Shown: piece by piece, positions 49,905 through 59,712 of the stretch
Position numbering within the stretch: position 1 is the stretch's first letter
Layout of the letters: each line of letters opens with the position of its first letter
Origin: Sphingobacteriales bacterium
Lineage (GTDB): Bacteria > Bacteroidota > Bacteroidia > NS11-12g > UBA9320
Assembly (NCBI GenBank): GCA_043511425.1
Contig: CP121331.1
Location: 1,529,983 to 1,593,982, forward strand
Direction: 5' to 3'
Length of the DNA stretch: 64,000 nt
Position numbers and translations under genes: made by a program
Notes under the pieces: generated by a model
The model's input: the letters and a program-made list of their open reading frames with translations, nothing else
Told to the model about the DNA's origin: nothing
The model's database searches: none

Positions 49905-50668
49905 TTGTTCCCTTTTAAATTAAATCCGACACCGATGGTCAGAAATGACACTTTTTCTCGTACTGTAAAGCCATTCAATCTATCAGTACCTACGTCATCT
50001 ATTTCCGCTTCATACTTCCCCATTTTCAATAAACGTGGGGCATACGTATAATTGAGTGAATATGACCACCTATTGGTTGTATAAATGACTCTTCCACCTA
50101 GATTATAGCCTATATTAAGCTTTCTAAGTGCTCCATATTTAGTGAAGAATTCTAATGGATCACCACTTGGCCGATTATGGTTATAATCGACTTCTATATC
50201 AGACTCATAAAGTATTCGATCTATATGTAGTCCTGCTACTGTCATTAACTTTACGTTACCAGCTCGCCATAGCTCCATGTTATAGTTCGTATTAAGCGAC
50301 CAAGAGTTATAGGTATACTCATTATCCTCCAGATCTAGTAAAAAAAAAGGGTTCTGACCAAGGACATTATACTCTTCTTGGGTAGCACCACTCTGGTAGA
50401 AAGCAAAACTGCTGTAGAAGGATGACTTAGGCTTAATAGCATATTCTACCCCTATTTCTCCTGCCCACCCTCTCTTGGGGGTGAATAGTAAATGATTACC
50501 ACTCTCACGTAAAGTACTCGTTCTAAATGGGGTGGAGGTTTGGGTTTGGCCGAGGTTTATATGGACAGTTTGAGCACATACCATATGTGACCAGGCTGAT
50601 GCCAAGACAAAAAAGAACGACAACCAGACCCTCTTGATATTGAAAATTTTATATCCTGTATTTCTCAT
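49901..50668 (-). CDS. Outer-membrane beta-barrel protein, paralog 2. It overlaps paralog 1 by 4 nt.
   Basis: Same architecture, with shared motifs (YQSGATQ / YQSGGKL; GFTVREK / AFTVSEK). Confidence 0.45.
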   Translation of the reverse strand: MRNTGYKIFNIKRVWLSFFFVLASAWSHMVCAQTVHINLGQTQTSTPFRTSTLRESGNHLLFTPKRGWAGEIGVEYAIKPKSSFYSSFAFYQSGATQEEYNVLGQNPFFLLDLEDNEYTYNSWSLNTNYNMELWRAGNVKLMTVAGLHIDRILYESDIEVDYNHNRPSGDPLEFFTKYGALRKLNIGYNLGGRVIYTTNRWSYSLNYTYAPRLLKMGKYEAEIDDVGTDRLNGFTVREKVSFLTIGVGFNLKGNK

Positions 50669-50697
50669 TAATTATTCTGCTAATTCCAAACTCATAA

Positions 50698-51093
50698 TTA
50701 CATCAATCCTTCTCCCATAAACGGTAAAATAAAAATTGAGGCAATTAAAAGCAGTACATATACTATCAATATACCATAACCTCTCCATTTTTCCATTTTC
50801 CCCATTTCAATACTTAGAACATCTTTTTCTTTAAAATATACATTAATCAAAATAACTGTCAGTACATAAACTGCCATAATAAACAGTGCTATTCGAAATT
50901 CTGATAATATAAAGAATTTTGCACCATAAGGTAGATATTCCGCTAAATCAAATATGAAGCCAAAAACAAATATATGCATCATAAGAATGACCACTAAAGA
51001 ATTAACTGCCCAAGAATATGCAGGTCGATTTCGACCTATACCATTATAACATTCGTACATTAGAAATAGATATGTTAAAATTATTCTTCTCAA
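50698..51093 (-). CDS. Small 4-TM membrane protein.
   Basis: Hydrophobic ORF only. Confidence 0.3.
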   Translation of the reverse strand: MRRIILTYLFLMYECYNGIGRNRPAYSWAVNSLVVILMMHIFVFGFIFDLAEYLPYGAKFFILSEFRIALFIMAVYVLTVILINVYFKEKDVLSIEMGKMEKWRGYGILIVYVLLLIASIFILPFMGEGLM

Positions 51094-51260
51094 TTCAGTT
51101 TTTCTGTTTTCAGAGCAATACGCCCCAGTGGTTTAGATTAGGATAACATGGCTCAGTATTCACTACAAATTCCGCTGCATTTCTTGGCGTACGGTTTTCC
51201 TAATTTCATAGCCACTCACTTTAAGCTTCGGTGCCCACCGTCACCGCAGAGAATTCCTTC

Positions 51261-51854
51261 TTAGTGCTTCGCGACTTTAATACCACAGCCTATCGCTTTA
51301 GTGCTTGTCACCTTTGGACTTTCTCCTGCTTGAAGTGACTCTATAGCATCTGCTAAATAGGTTTTAGTTACACCTGACTTCTCTGTAGAGTTATCTATAG
51401 CTCCTATGTACTGAACCTTCAATTCCTTATCCAATAAAAATACATGGGGTGTCTTAGTAGCACCAAACTTAGGAAACACTTTCTGCCCATCATCAAACAG
51501 GTAGTCAAACGTAAAGCCCTTTTCCTGAGCTCTTACTTTCATATTCTCGAAGTTATCGGACGGGTATGATACAGGATCATTTGGATTAATAGCTATCACC
51601 GGATAGTCTTCTCCGTACTCCGCATGCAACGCTATTATTCTATCCTCATACGCCACCGAGTACGGGCAGTGATTACACGTAAATATCACCACAAAACCCT
51701 TAGCATCTTCATAATCTGCTAGGCTATGCATCTGATCATCTACCCCCATAAGTGAGAAATCTTCTGCGGTGTCACCTACTTGGTACCCATTCGTGTTTAG
51801 CGTAGCAGCTCCTAGAGCTACTATGCATAAAAGTCCTAAAATTGTCTTTTTCAT
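51261..51854 (-). CDS. Thioredoxin-fold protein with a CxxC motif (FTCNHCPYS), secreted.
   Basis: Signal peptide, CNHC active site, 197 aa. Confidence 0.55.
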   Translation of the reverse strand: MKKTILGLLCIVALGAATLNTNGYQVGDTAEDFSLMGVDDQMHSLADYEDAKGFVVIFTCNHCPYSVAYEDRIIALHAEYGEDYPVIAINPNDPVSYPSDNFENMKVRAQEKGFTFDYLFDDGQKVFPKFGATKTPHVFLLDKELKVQYIGAIDNSTEKSGVTKTYLADAIESLQAGESPKVTSTKAIGCGIKVAKH

Positions 51855-51855
51855 A

Positions 51856-52332
51856 TTATTCCGTTTTTAAAATGTCTTCTTCTAACTCTGCATACGACTC
51901 GTACGATTTCTCGTAGAAGTACCGTTTGTTATTTTTGACAACTAGTGTAGCGGGTATAGCTCCACTCCACGTGCTATCTACTAAGTCAATCCACTCACTG
52001 GCTTTGCCATCAGCAAGTAACACTACTTCGCTTTCTATTCCTTTTTTAGCAATGAGTGATGTAACTCCTGCTAACTTGGACCTAAAATCCAAACTAACTA
52101 AAACCACCTTAAACGGCTTCATCTCATTATCCTCTCTCAGTTGCTCAAAGTAGGGTAACTCCTTCACACACGGCGCACACCACGTAGCCCAAAAATTGAT
52201 CACATAGGTAGTATCTGGACTTAGGTTACGTAAATAATCAGACTCAAACGCTGAAAATTCATCATAGACCTTCACTGGATTGGTCTGTACACTGCTGAAT
52301 CCGAGGATTACTGAAAGTAATATCCATTTCAT
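51856..52332 (-). CDS. TlpA-like thiol:disulfide oxidoreductase.
   Basis: WATWCAPC active-site motif, signal peptide, 158 aa. Confidence 0.7.
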   Translation of the reverse strand: MKWILLSVILGFSSVQTNPVKVYDEFSAFESDYLRNLSPDTTYVINFWATWCAPCVKELPYFEQLREDNEMKPFKVVLVSLDFRSKLAGVTSLIAKKGIESEVVLLADGKASEWIDLVDSTWSGAIPATLVVKNNKRYFYEKSYESYAELEEDILKTE

Positions 52333-52409
52333 TTATCTATTCACTCGTAGTATTCTGGCAAGTATTCCACTTATTTTACGATTTATTCGTCTTAGAAAAG
52401 TAAAGATTC

Positions 52410-55400
52410 CTAATACCCATTGTAATTAAATCTTCTTCGCTGTGTTTTAAGCGATTCAAATGCTGGCTCATCACTCACTCGGTAGCGTTTTCTGTTCTCC
52501 ATGAGGTAAGTACGTGTAGCCTTTTTTAGTTGGAGCGCTTCATCTTCATATTTATTAAAGCTTATATCGTCATCAAACTCATAGCTATAGCGTTCCACTT
52601 CTGCTTCTGTAGTATCTATTGGTCCTAAGTATCCATACGTCCAATCTTCCTCTTTTTCCTTGTGTTTGTAAAAATAAAGATACCCCGAGTCTGCTCCGCG
52701 CTTGACCCAGTGCTTTTCTACAAAAACAAGACTATCCTTATATTGATTTATACGCGCCTTTTGAGCATAGAGTGAGATAGCCATGGTGTCGTGATTATAC
52801 TTATCAGGAAAGAGGTCCAGTCTATCCATTTTTTTCAAACGTTGATACAGCACTATTCTGTCATTCTTATTGGAAGCGAGTGTCTCCCAAGTACCTGCAG
52901 GCAATTCCTCTCCTTGGTGCAGCTTAACCAGAGCTAGATCTATCTTAAACCCTGGAGAATTTATTTTTTCAGCCCTAGCAAAGAATCGCTTGGCCTTTGG
53001 CATCTTTCTATGGGGCTCTAAAATAGTAGCGTAATACAGCAGTATATCATCGTAACCGTAGAGAGTAGAACGGCTTTCCTCTTTATAAAAATCTGCACTT
53101 TGAGAGGCCTCACTGGCTTGTTGTCTTTTGGCTTCATTATTTGCTTCCCAAGCGATTTGCTTCAAGTACTTTTTATACATCTTAGGCTTCGCTATGCCGC
53201 TATCCTGCATAGATGCTAATATCTCGTATATCTTCTCTTTATACTCTGGCAATGAAGCGAGCATGAGCACCTCTGGGAAAATCTCTTTGGAGAGTTTCAA
53301 GGAATCCCTGTAGGCATAGAACATATTGGTAAGTGAATATCCGCCACCACCCAATGGAGTTTCCTCTGTAAGCATGTTTACGAACATGCGCGCTGACTTT
53401 TTGGTACGTTGGGCTGCTATGGCTTCCAATATCGGAATCTGATACTGCACAGAATCTCCCACCTCATTCATCGTCTTGGCCATAAATGGCAAGATATCGG
53501 GATGCTTTAAGTATCCGATTTTATCCAATATCTTAGCTCTATTACTCAAACTGTGCTCACCACTCATATTTTGATAATACGCTGCTATCATTTTAGGGAC
53601 ATCTTTATCGGTAAAACCTACCTCACTAAATGAACCGCGGGCAGCCTCTCGCGTGGTACTATCCTCAGACACTAGATCTGCAAAAAACAGATCTACTTTA
53701 TTTTGGATAACCGTTGTGCCCACGCTAGTATCCCACGGTGTAATTGACGTATAAAACTCATCTATGAACTTACTGCGCGGCATCTTGTAATTGTATTCGG
53801 AGAATAATGAATACAAAGCACCATCCTTTATGATGTGTTTTACAAGCAGATTTCTCCCGGAATTAGTATCTCCCACCTCTGCTTCCATAGTATAAATCCC
53901 GTCTTTTTCGGTACGCTTATCCATCCTCACAAAGAAGGTGTTTTGCGTCATCTGCTTGAGATAATCATTCCATATAGAATCTACCTCTTCCTCAAAATAG
54001 TATTTATGAAATCTAAAGAATCGTGCATAGATAGTTTCATCTGACTCTTTGCTATAGTATACAGCCATCTTCGTCTCTTCTAAGTGACTATCGTCATCTT
54101 CATCGTCTCTGTAAAAATTATAATAATTAGTCTGCTCAGCTGGCACTTCTACATTGGTCACCACATCAAACAAGCGTGCAGTATCATGCTTTTGCTCAAA
54201 AGGCCTTCTAAAGCTAAAAGGCAACAGTTTCATACTACTAAAAAATGCATTTGCCTTAGCCGTCTCCGAAGTGAGAGCGACGAGCAAATAATACTGCTTT
54301 CCTACACATACGGTTCGCGTATGCAATGTCTTATCATCCTTTTCGCCTGCCGCAGAATACGCGGTGTAGCCTTGTAAACTGTCATGATTTTCTTCTATCA
54401 ATTTAAACTTAAACTGATCGTGAAAGTACTTAGTGATTTGATGTACTTCGAATGAATCTTCTTCCATAAACTCGAGGTCCATCAAACTCTTATTCATCAC
54501 TGCATAGTACCCCCCGTCTTGGTCATAACTCTGTACCGTTTTTTTCCAGTAGCCTCGCATAAATGCATTATTCTCTGCTTCGTAAATAGGAGTACCTGGA
54601 AGGTTAACTGCATAGGCTGTGTTTGTGGGAGAATACTGTTGACCTTCTTTTCCGTAAAAATGAATTTCAGAAAAGAACTTATCTACTTCTGGTCTTTTTA
54701 CAAATTCTTTCTTTCCAGCTGCTTTGAAGATAATCACTTCTAAAGGAGTCACCATAATATGGTACCGCTGTACATCTCCTTTCTTGGTCTTGTTAACAAT
54801 ATCATATCCCGGCACACCGTCTATCTCTATTCTGCTCTTACGCTCTATCTTCCCAGGTATATTCTCAAAAAAGAGACTGTCCAGCTTATCTAGGTACTGA
54901 TCTTGAGATACTCCGTGAAGGGGAGCGAATGTGAACATCCGAGTAACGACGTACGTAGCACCATTCGCCATATCAGGATAGGCTGCCATCATGGTATTCC
55001 CCGCCTCTGGAAACTCATACAAAGGTCCTGGCATGTACGTACTAAAGCTTCCATCAAAAGAGGCCTGCTCTGTAAATTCTTGCGTAATAAAACTCTCCTC
55101 TAATTTTTCTTTTACGGTATTCCCGTAGTCTGATTTTGATCCGTCTACTGGAGTCACTGTATACCCTTTTTCTCTCAGTAGATTTATCATACCGTAGCTA
55201 TTCGCTAGGTGAGCCGCACCTACTCCTGCAAAGAGAGACTTTGTCTGCATAATGGAGTCCATAGCATCTGCCATACCCGCATTACGGTAGACTATAATCA
55301 GGTCGTGATTAATCGGTGTACTGGCCATTCTGCTCATAGAGTCCAGCAGGTCTAGGTCTCCTAACCTATAGGCATTTTCCATTACCTCTCCGTACTGCTT

Positions 55401-56045
55401 ACCGTCTAACACCTTATTCAGGTCATGTTTTTTTCTCTCAGAGAGCTCCTTGAGGGCCTTTTTCTTTTTCTTATCGTGCTCCGGTTTTGCGGCAAGCTCA
55501 TTCAGCCTCATGGTATTCCCTAGAAGTTCCAGTCCTGTAATCTGCTTGCCTTGTTTTTTTCCTGCCTGAAAAATAAATAAATCCAAGTAAGTATCTTCCT
55601 GAAAATCAGCGGAATAGTTACTCGTACGATAAAGTAACGAATTCAATATACCGAGTTCTGCTCCCATCGCGGTGCCTATCGATTTATTCTCTGGCTGCTT
55701 TAGCTCAAAAATAGATTTATAAAAACCCTGTTGGCTATTGTTGTTTCGCATACTGAAAGCATTGCCCATATTGTCAGCTACGTAATAATCACTCGTCATG
55801 GTCTCCATCCATGTTTCAGGATTAATTTCTAGTGCCACTACGTCCACACTCTCTATCGCCTTGTAAAATGAATCACTTAAATGAAATGCCACCTTGTTAC
55901 TGACATGCATAGTGCCGTACAGGAAAGAAGGCTTTTCTAACCCATTCCCCGATATTTTCCATAAGAGCCCTTTGTATTCGGATGACTGCGCTTGTGAACA
56001 TATCGCAAAAAATAGGATGACTAACACATTAAGTTTTCTTTTCAT
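52410..56045 (-). CDS. Very large (~1210 aa) secreted protein with an N-terminal TraB/GumN-family domain and a long uncharacterised C-terminal extension.
   Basis: Signal peptide MKRKLNVLVILFFAICSQAQ, then GLLWKISGNGLEKPSFLYGTMHV (the TraB/GumN hallmark). The remainder is unknown. The annotated start is placed at the internal Met. Confidence 0.55.
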   Translation of the reverse strand: MKRKLNVLVILFFAICSQAQSSEYKGLLWKISGNGLEKPSFLYGTMHVSNKVAFHLSDSFYKAIESVDVVALEINPETWMETMTSDYYVADNMGNAFSMRNNNSQQGFYKSIFELKQPENKSIGTAMGAELGILNSLLYRTSNYSADFQEDTYLDLFIFQAGKKQGKQITGLELLGNTMRLNELAAKPEHDKKKKKALKELSERKKHDLNKVLDGKQYGEVMENAYRLGDLDLLDSMSRMASTPINHDLIIVYRNAGMADAMDSIMQTKSLFAGVGAAHLANSYGMINLLREKGYTVTPVDGSKSDYGNTVKEKLEESFITQEFTEQASFDGSFSTYMPGPLYEFPEAGNTMMAAYPDMANGATYVVTRMFTFAPLHGVSQDQYLDKLDSLFFENIPGKIERKSRIEIDGVPGYDIVNKTKKGDVQRYHIMVTPLEVIIFKAAGKKEFVKRPEVDKFFSEIHFYGKEGQQYSPTNTAYAVNLPGTPIYEAENNAFMRGYWKKTVQSYDQDGGYYAVMNKSLMDLEFMEEDSFEVHQITKYFHDQFKFKLIEENHDSLQGYTAYSAAGEKDDKTLHTRTVCVGKQYYLLVALTSETAKANAFFSSMKLLPFSFRRPFEQKHDTARLFDVVTNVEVPAEQTNYYNFYRDDEDDDSHLEETKMAVYYSKESDETIYARFFRFHKYYFEEEVDSIWNDYLKQMTQNTFFVRMDKRTEKDGIYTMEAEVGDTNSGRNLLVKHIIKDGALYSLFSEYNYKMPRSKFIDEFYTSITPWDTSVGTTVIQNKVDLFFADLVSEDSTTREAARGSFSEVGFTDKDVPKMIAAYYQNMSGEHSLSNRAKILDKIGYLKHPDILPFMAKTMNEVGDSVQYQIPILEAIAAQRTKKSARMFVNMLTEETPLGGGGYSLTNMFYAYRDSLKLSKEIFPEVLMLASLPEYKEKIYEILASMQDSGIAKPKMYKKYLKQIAWEANNEAKRQQASEASQSADFYKEESRSTLYGYDDILLYYATILEPHRKMPKAKRFFARAEKINSPGFKIDLALVKLHQGEELPAGTWETLASNKNDRIVLYQRLKKMDRLDLFPDKYNHDTMAISLYAQKARINQYKDSLVFVEKHWVKRGADSGYLYFYKHKEKEEDWTYGYLGPIDTTEAEVERYSYEFDDDISFNKYEDEALQLKKATRTYLMENRKRYRVSDEPAFESLKTQRRRFNYNGY

Positions 56046-56141
56046 AATTGCTTTCAAAAATATGCATCCATAGTTCTCTAGCAAATATGAATCGCCTTAA
56101 TACATGACTTTTAAAAGTCACCTGCCATGTACCACATGGCG

Positions 56142-56528
56142 CTATAAAGAAACTTTAATGGCGTTACCAAAATAAGGTGGGTCAGCAACTTCACTGTGCT
56201 TTATTCGTCGATAGTCAAGCTTTCGTTTCACCTCCTTCCGCAAGACACCTTCACCTTTACCCACAATTAGATATGCGTGTCGTACACTTTTCTTTTTAGC
56301 ATCTATCAGAAAATCTTCAAGTGCTTCCAACTGAAGCCTAAGTTTTTCTGAAGTGGGAATTGACGCTTTTGTAGGATACAAACTTTCAAAGTGAAGATCA
56401 AACTCCACTTTACGTTCCTTTACTTGCTTCACTTTAGACGACTGCGTCTTAGCACTAAATGCCGATGAAAAATCTCCCATCATCATTCTCCTAAGCATCT
56501 CAGGGTTTATTTCGCCGTCCTCTTTCAC
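56142..56528 (-). CDS. Smr-domain protein.
   Basis: EFDLHFESL...AYLIVGKGEGVLRKEV matches the LDLHG...G.G Smr core. Confidence 0.65.
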   Translation of the reverse strand: MKEDGEINPEMLRRMMMGDFSSAFSAKTQSSKVKQVKERKVEFDLHFESLYPTKASIPTSEKLRLQLEALEDFLIDAKKKSVRHAYLIVGKGEGVLRKEVKRKLDYRRIKHSEVADPPYFGNAIKVSL

Positions 56529-56563
56529 ACTTCAAAAATACGGCGAAAGAGCTAAACTGAGAC

Positions 56564-58045
56564 TTAAAATTTTGTTGTAAGTGTGAGCATAATTCTGGTG
56601 TTCCTAAGCTTAGAGTTCACTGCACCAGACGGCTCGCTATTGAGCGCATAAGGCACATATACGTCAGAGGTAATCTCCCTCGCTAAACCAAAGTCAAATG
56701 CCCATGCTTTCTCTTGAAAACCAACACCTCCACTGATAATATTTCTGCGGTAATCGCCCCCATTCTGTAAAGGAGATCCTATACTCGCAAAACCGCCTCG
56801 TAATCTAAAATCACTCACTGCATACTCCCCTCCTATTTTAAATGTGGTGGCTGTACCATACTTTTCCGTGATGAGCTCATTTACTCCGTCAAAGAATGCA
56901 TCCTCACTGCTCAAGTTCATTGTACTGTAGTCTGAGGTCTCTATCTCAGCACTTAACAGACCCTGCTTGCCAAAGATGTACGTTCCTTGTAGTCCGTATT
57001 TTGCAGGAGTCACTACCGTGTAGCTAAATTCTTTATCAATAGTAGTAAGATCTTCTAAACTTCCATCATCATACAGCACAAACAGCTCGTCACTGTACTT
57101 GTCCGTCAAATTAAGTAACGTCGGCGTGTGCATAGTCCCTCCAATTCGGATGTTATTATTAGGCCTAAAAATAACTCCGAGTCTACCACTAAATCCCTGG
57201 CCGTTTGTTTCCAGGTTTCGTGTAAGATCAAATGAACTCCAATTCCCAGAGGTATTGGGATTGTCTATCTCAGAGAACACATTGGTCTCTGTATAATTCA
57301 CATTATGTACGTTAATCGCGGCACCGAAATATATTTTATGCTCATAGTTCCCAGCGAAGGCCAGATTAAATTCACCTGATGAACCTCGTGTCACCACATT
57401 ACCTGACTGACCAATATTCCCAGCTACATTATCCATGTTTGCATAGTAATTCCCATTGCTTGCTGAGTCTATAAGATACCCGTACCAAAACATGTTTTCC
57501 ATATAGTAAAAACCCTGTGCCAATTGCTCATCATTGGCATCCAGCTGAGAGACACCTAACCCTTGTACATACTGAGCTACGTAGTTGGTATAGGAGTTAT
57601 TACTCGTTCCTTTATAGCTAATATTTCTGTTGAAATCATTTGTTCTGTTATATCCTATTGCCCAGTTCGTGTTTACCCAGCCCCTTTTCAAGGGGTTCCC
57701 GTTTTGTGTTTTTACCTGTGTATTTACTAAATTGATACTATTAAACTGCCCATTAAATAGATTAGATCTTCTAGAATTACCTAGATAATCAGCATCATTT
57801 TGCTTTGTGGCAGTAGACAGTGTAACATTGAAAGTACCTGTTCTGTACTGTGCTAATCCGGCGGGATTTACCAATATAGAAGTTTGGTCAGCACCCATAG
57901 CTCCTATAGCTCCTCCTAGACCTAGTGCTCTTGCGGTGGACGCTGAAACATCCCCCTGACTATATCTGAGTACATCTAAGTCGCTCTGTGCAGATGCATT
58001 GGTAATCAGTAGCCCAATGAGGGCGGTAAATAATATCTTTTTCAT
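56564..58045 (-). CDS. FadL/PorV-family outer-membrane beta-barrel transport protein.
   Basis: Signal peptide, then ARALGLGGAIGAMGADQTSILVNPAGLA (N-terminal hatch with NPA motif). Aromatic C-terminal strand ...TLTTKF. Confidence 0.55.
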   Translation of the reverse strand: MKKILFTALIGLLITNASAQSDLDVLRYSQGDVSASTARALGLGGAIGAMGADQTSILVNPAGLAQYRTGTFNVTLSTATKQNDADYLGNSRRSNLFNGQFNSINLVNTQVKTQNGNPLKRGWVNTNWAIGYNRTNDFNRNISYKGTSNNSYTNYVAQYVQGLGVSQLDANDEQLAQGFYYMENMFWYGYLIDSASNGNYYANMDNVAGNIGQSGNVVTRGSSGEFNLAFAGNYEHKIYFGAAINVHNVNYTETNVFSEIDNPNTSGNWSSFDLTRNLETNGQGFSGRLGVIFRPNNNIRIGGTMHTPTLLNLTDKYSDELFVLYDDGSLEDLTTIDKEFSYTVVTPAKYGLQGTYIFGKQGLLSAEIETSDYSTMNLSSEDAFFDGVNELITEKYGTATTFKIGGEYAVSDFRLRGGFASIGSPLQNGGDYRRNIISGGVGFQEKAWAFDFGLAREITSDVYVPYALNSEPSGAVNSKLRNTRIMLTLTTKF

Positions 58046-58110
58046 GGCTTTGTTTTTTTGTTTGTTCTACTTGAATATTCGGCAAGTAGACTTCCTGTAT
58101 TTCACAACAA

Positions 58111-59631
58111 CTACCTTCTTCTTCCTCCAGAACTGCTTCTGCTTGGAGTTGCCGAGCGAGATGGACTGCTACTGCGGCTTGGGCTAGCACTTCTGCTCGG
58201 AGAGCTACTTCTACTGGGGGTTGTAGCTCTTGGCGTGCTACTTCTGCTTGGTGTCGTTGCTCGTGGAGTACTACTTCTGCTTGGAGGAGTATACGACCTG
58301 CTCGGCGTGCTGCTTCTACTTGGCGTTGTTGCTCTTGGCGTAGTGCTTCTGCTAGGGGTCGTTGCCCGTGGAGTACTACTTCTGGTAGGAGGAGTATACG
58401 ACCTGCTCGGAGTGCTGCTTCTACTTGGCGTTGTTGCTCTTGGCGTGTTGCTTCTGCTCGGTGTCGTTGCTCGTGGAGTACTACTTCTGGTAGGAGGAGT
58501 ATACGACCTGCTCGGTGTGCTGCTTCTACTAGGTGTTGTAGCTCTTGGCGTGCTACTTCTGCTCGGTGTCGTTGCTCGTGGAGTTGTAGTTTCATTAGAG
58601 CGAGTAGTCCCCCCAGTTGAATTGGTACCAACGTTACCTCGAGTACCTTCGCCTCTCACCGTCCCGCTATTACCTCTAGTATTGCCTATTGGCTCTGATA
58701 CGTTTGAAGGTCTTCGCGAAGGAGTAACAACTCTTGCATCTCCAACTCCTCCAGAACCTACTTCCTCAGTAGTACCTCCTCGAGTAGTTACCTCCGTTCG
58801 TTGACCTCCTAGTCTACGTGTATTCACACTTCCACTTTGAGAGGTGGAAGTATTACCCCCTACTCGCTGCCTTGGGCTATTTGCTGCTCTATTATATCTA
58901 TCCGATCCTGAGTAGCCTAAACCTCTATTCCCGTTTCCTCCATTATTGGACGAGAATACCCCTCTATTTCCGTTCCAGCCATTGTTCCAGCCGTGATTAT
59001 TGTATCCATTCCCCCATCTGTTCCCGGAGTAGTACCCGCCGTTATTCCAACCTCCATAGTATGGATTACCACAGTAGCCTCTACCATACCAGCCATTATT
59101 CCATGGATTTCCATACCAGCCACCTGCGTATGGATTCCCCCAAGAATATCCACCGTACCAACCATTCCAGCTGTTGTACCCAAAGCTCCATCCTCCGCGT
59201 GGTCTGGTCCAATAGTTATTGCCATACCAGCCACCAGTATATGGATTTCCCCAAGATTACCCGCCGTACCAACCATTGTTCCAGCTATTGTTCCATCGAT
59301 TATCTTGATTGGCATCTTGATATCCCGCGGCATAGCCATTTTCATAGGAATACTCAAATTCTTCCCCTCTAAATCTACGGATTCTTCTTTCGTAATCCGT
59401 TTCATCTACATCAGCGTAGTCTTCTGTCGGGATAGCCTCTTGATTTTCTGATAAGCGCACAGGCTCTTGCGGTGTATATTTTTCAGGAGCTGGTTGTGGT
59501 ACTTTTTGTACAACGATAATGTCATCTTCTGGAGTATAATAGACATCATCCATAGCGGTGTTGGTCATCCTAGTGCTGGTGCAGCTTGCTAGGAAAATAG
59601 TGGCGAGAGTGAGATACGTGTATAATTTCAT
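58111..59631 (-). CDS. Low-complexity lipoprotein: signal/lipobox, then an acidic region, then a W/G/Y/N-rich repeat region, then an S/T/P/R-rich region with 3 tandem 35-aa repeats, ending GGRRR. The single frame is interrupted by one TAA at 59257-59259.
   Basis: ORFs 59257..59631 and 58111..58827 are in the same frame with no other stop between them. The stop is a TAT-to-TAA difference relative to the neighbouring repeat copy ([14 protein letters not shown] versus [13 protein letters not shown]). Confidence 0.55.
58215..58600. repeat. In-frame tandem repeat, 105 bp x about 3.5 copies (anchors at 58253, 58358, 58463 and 58568), encoding [35 protein letters not shown].
   Basis: Exact 105-bp periodicity of GTCGTTGC and GAGTATACGACCTGCTCGG in the sequence. 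Confidence 0.85.
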
Positions 59632-59661
59632 GGTGCTAAAATTTTAATTCAAACTAACGGT

Positions 59662-59669
59662 TTAATTTT
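59662..59669 (+). promoter_or_regulatory. -7 box TAATTTTG (TAnnTTTG) upstream of proS.
   Basis: Consensus match, 44 nt upstream of the ATG at 59713. Confidence 0.3.
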
Positions 59670-59712
59670 GCCGTCATACTATAATATTCAATTAGCATAC
59701 CAAAGACAACTT

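Noticed and set aside
57960-59451. ORFs 57960..58631(-), 58058..58804(+), 58818..59372(+), 58917..59405(-) and 58993..59451(+)
   Set aside because: These are alternative-frame or antisense readings of the low-complexity repetitive gene (58111-59631). One of them overlaps the 3' end of the upstream barrel gene. The frame continuous with the lipoprotein signal peptide is the only one with gene-like start context.
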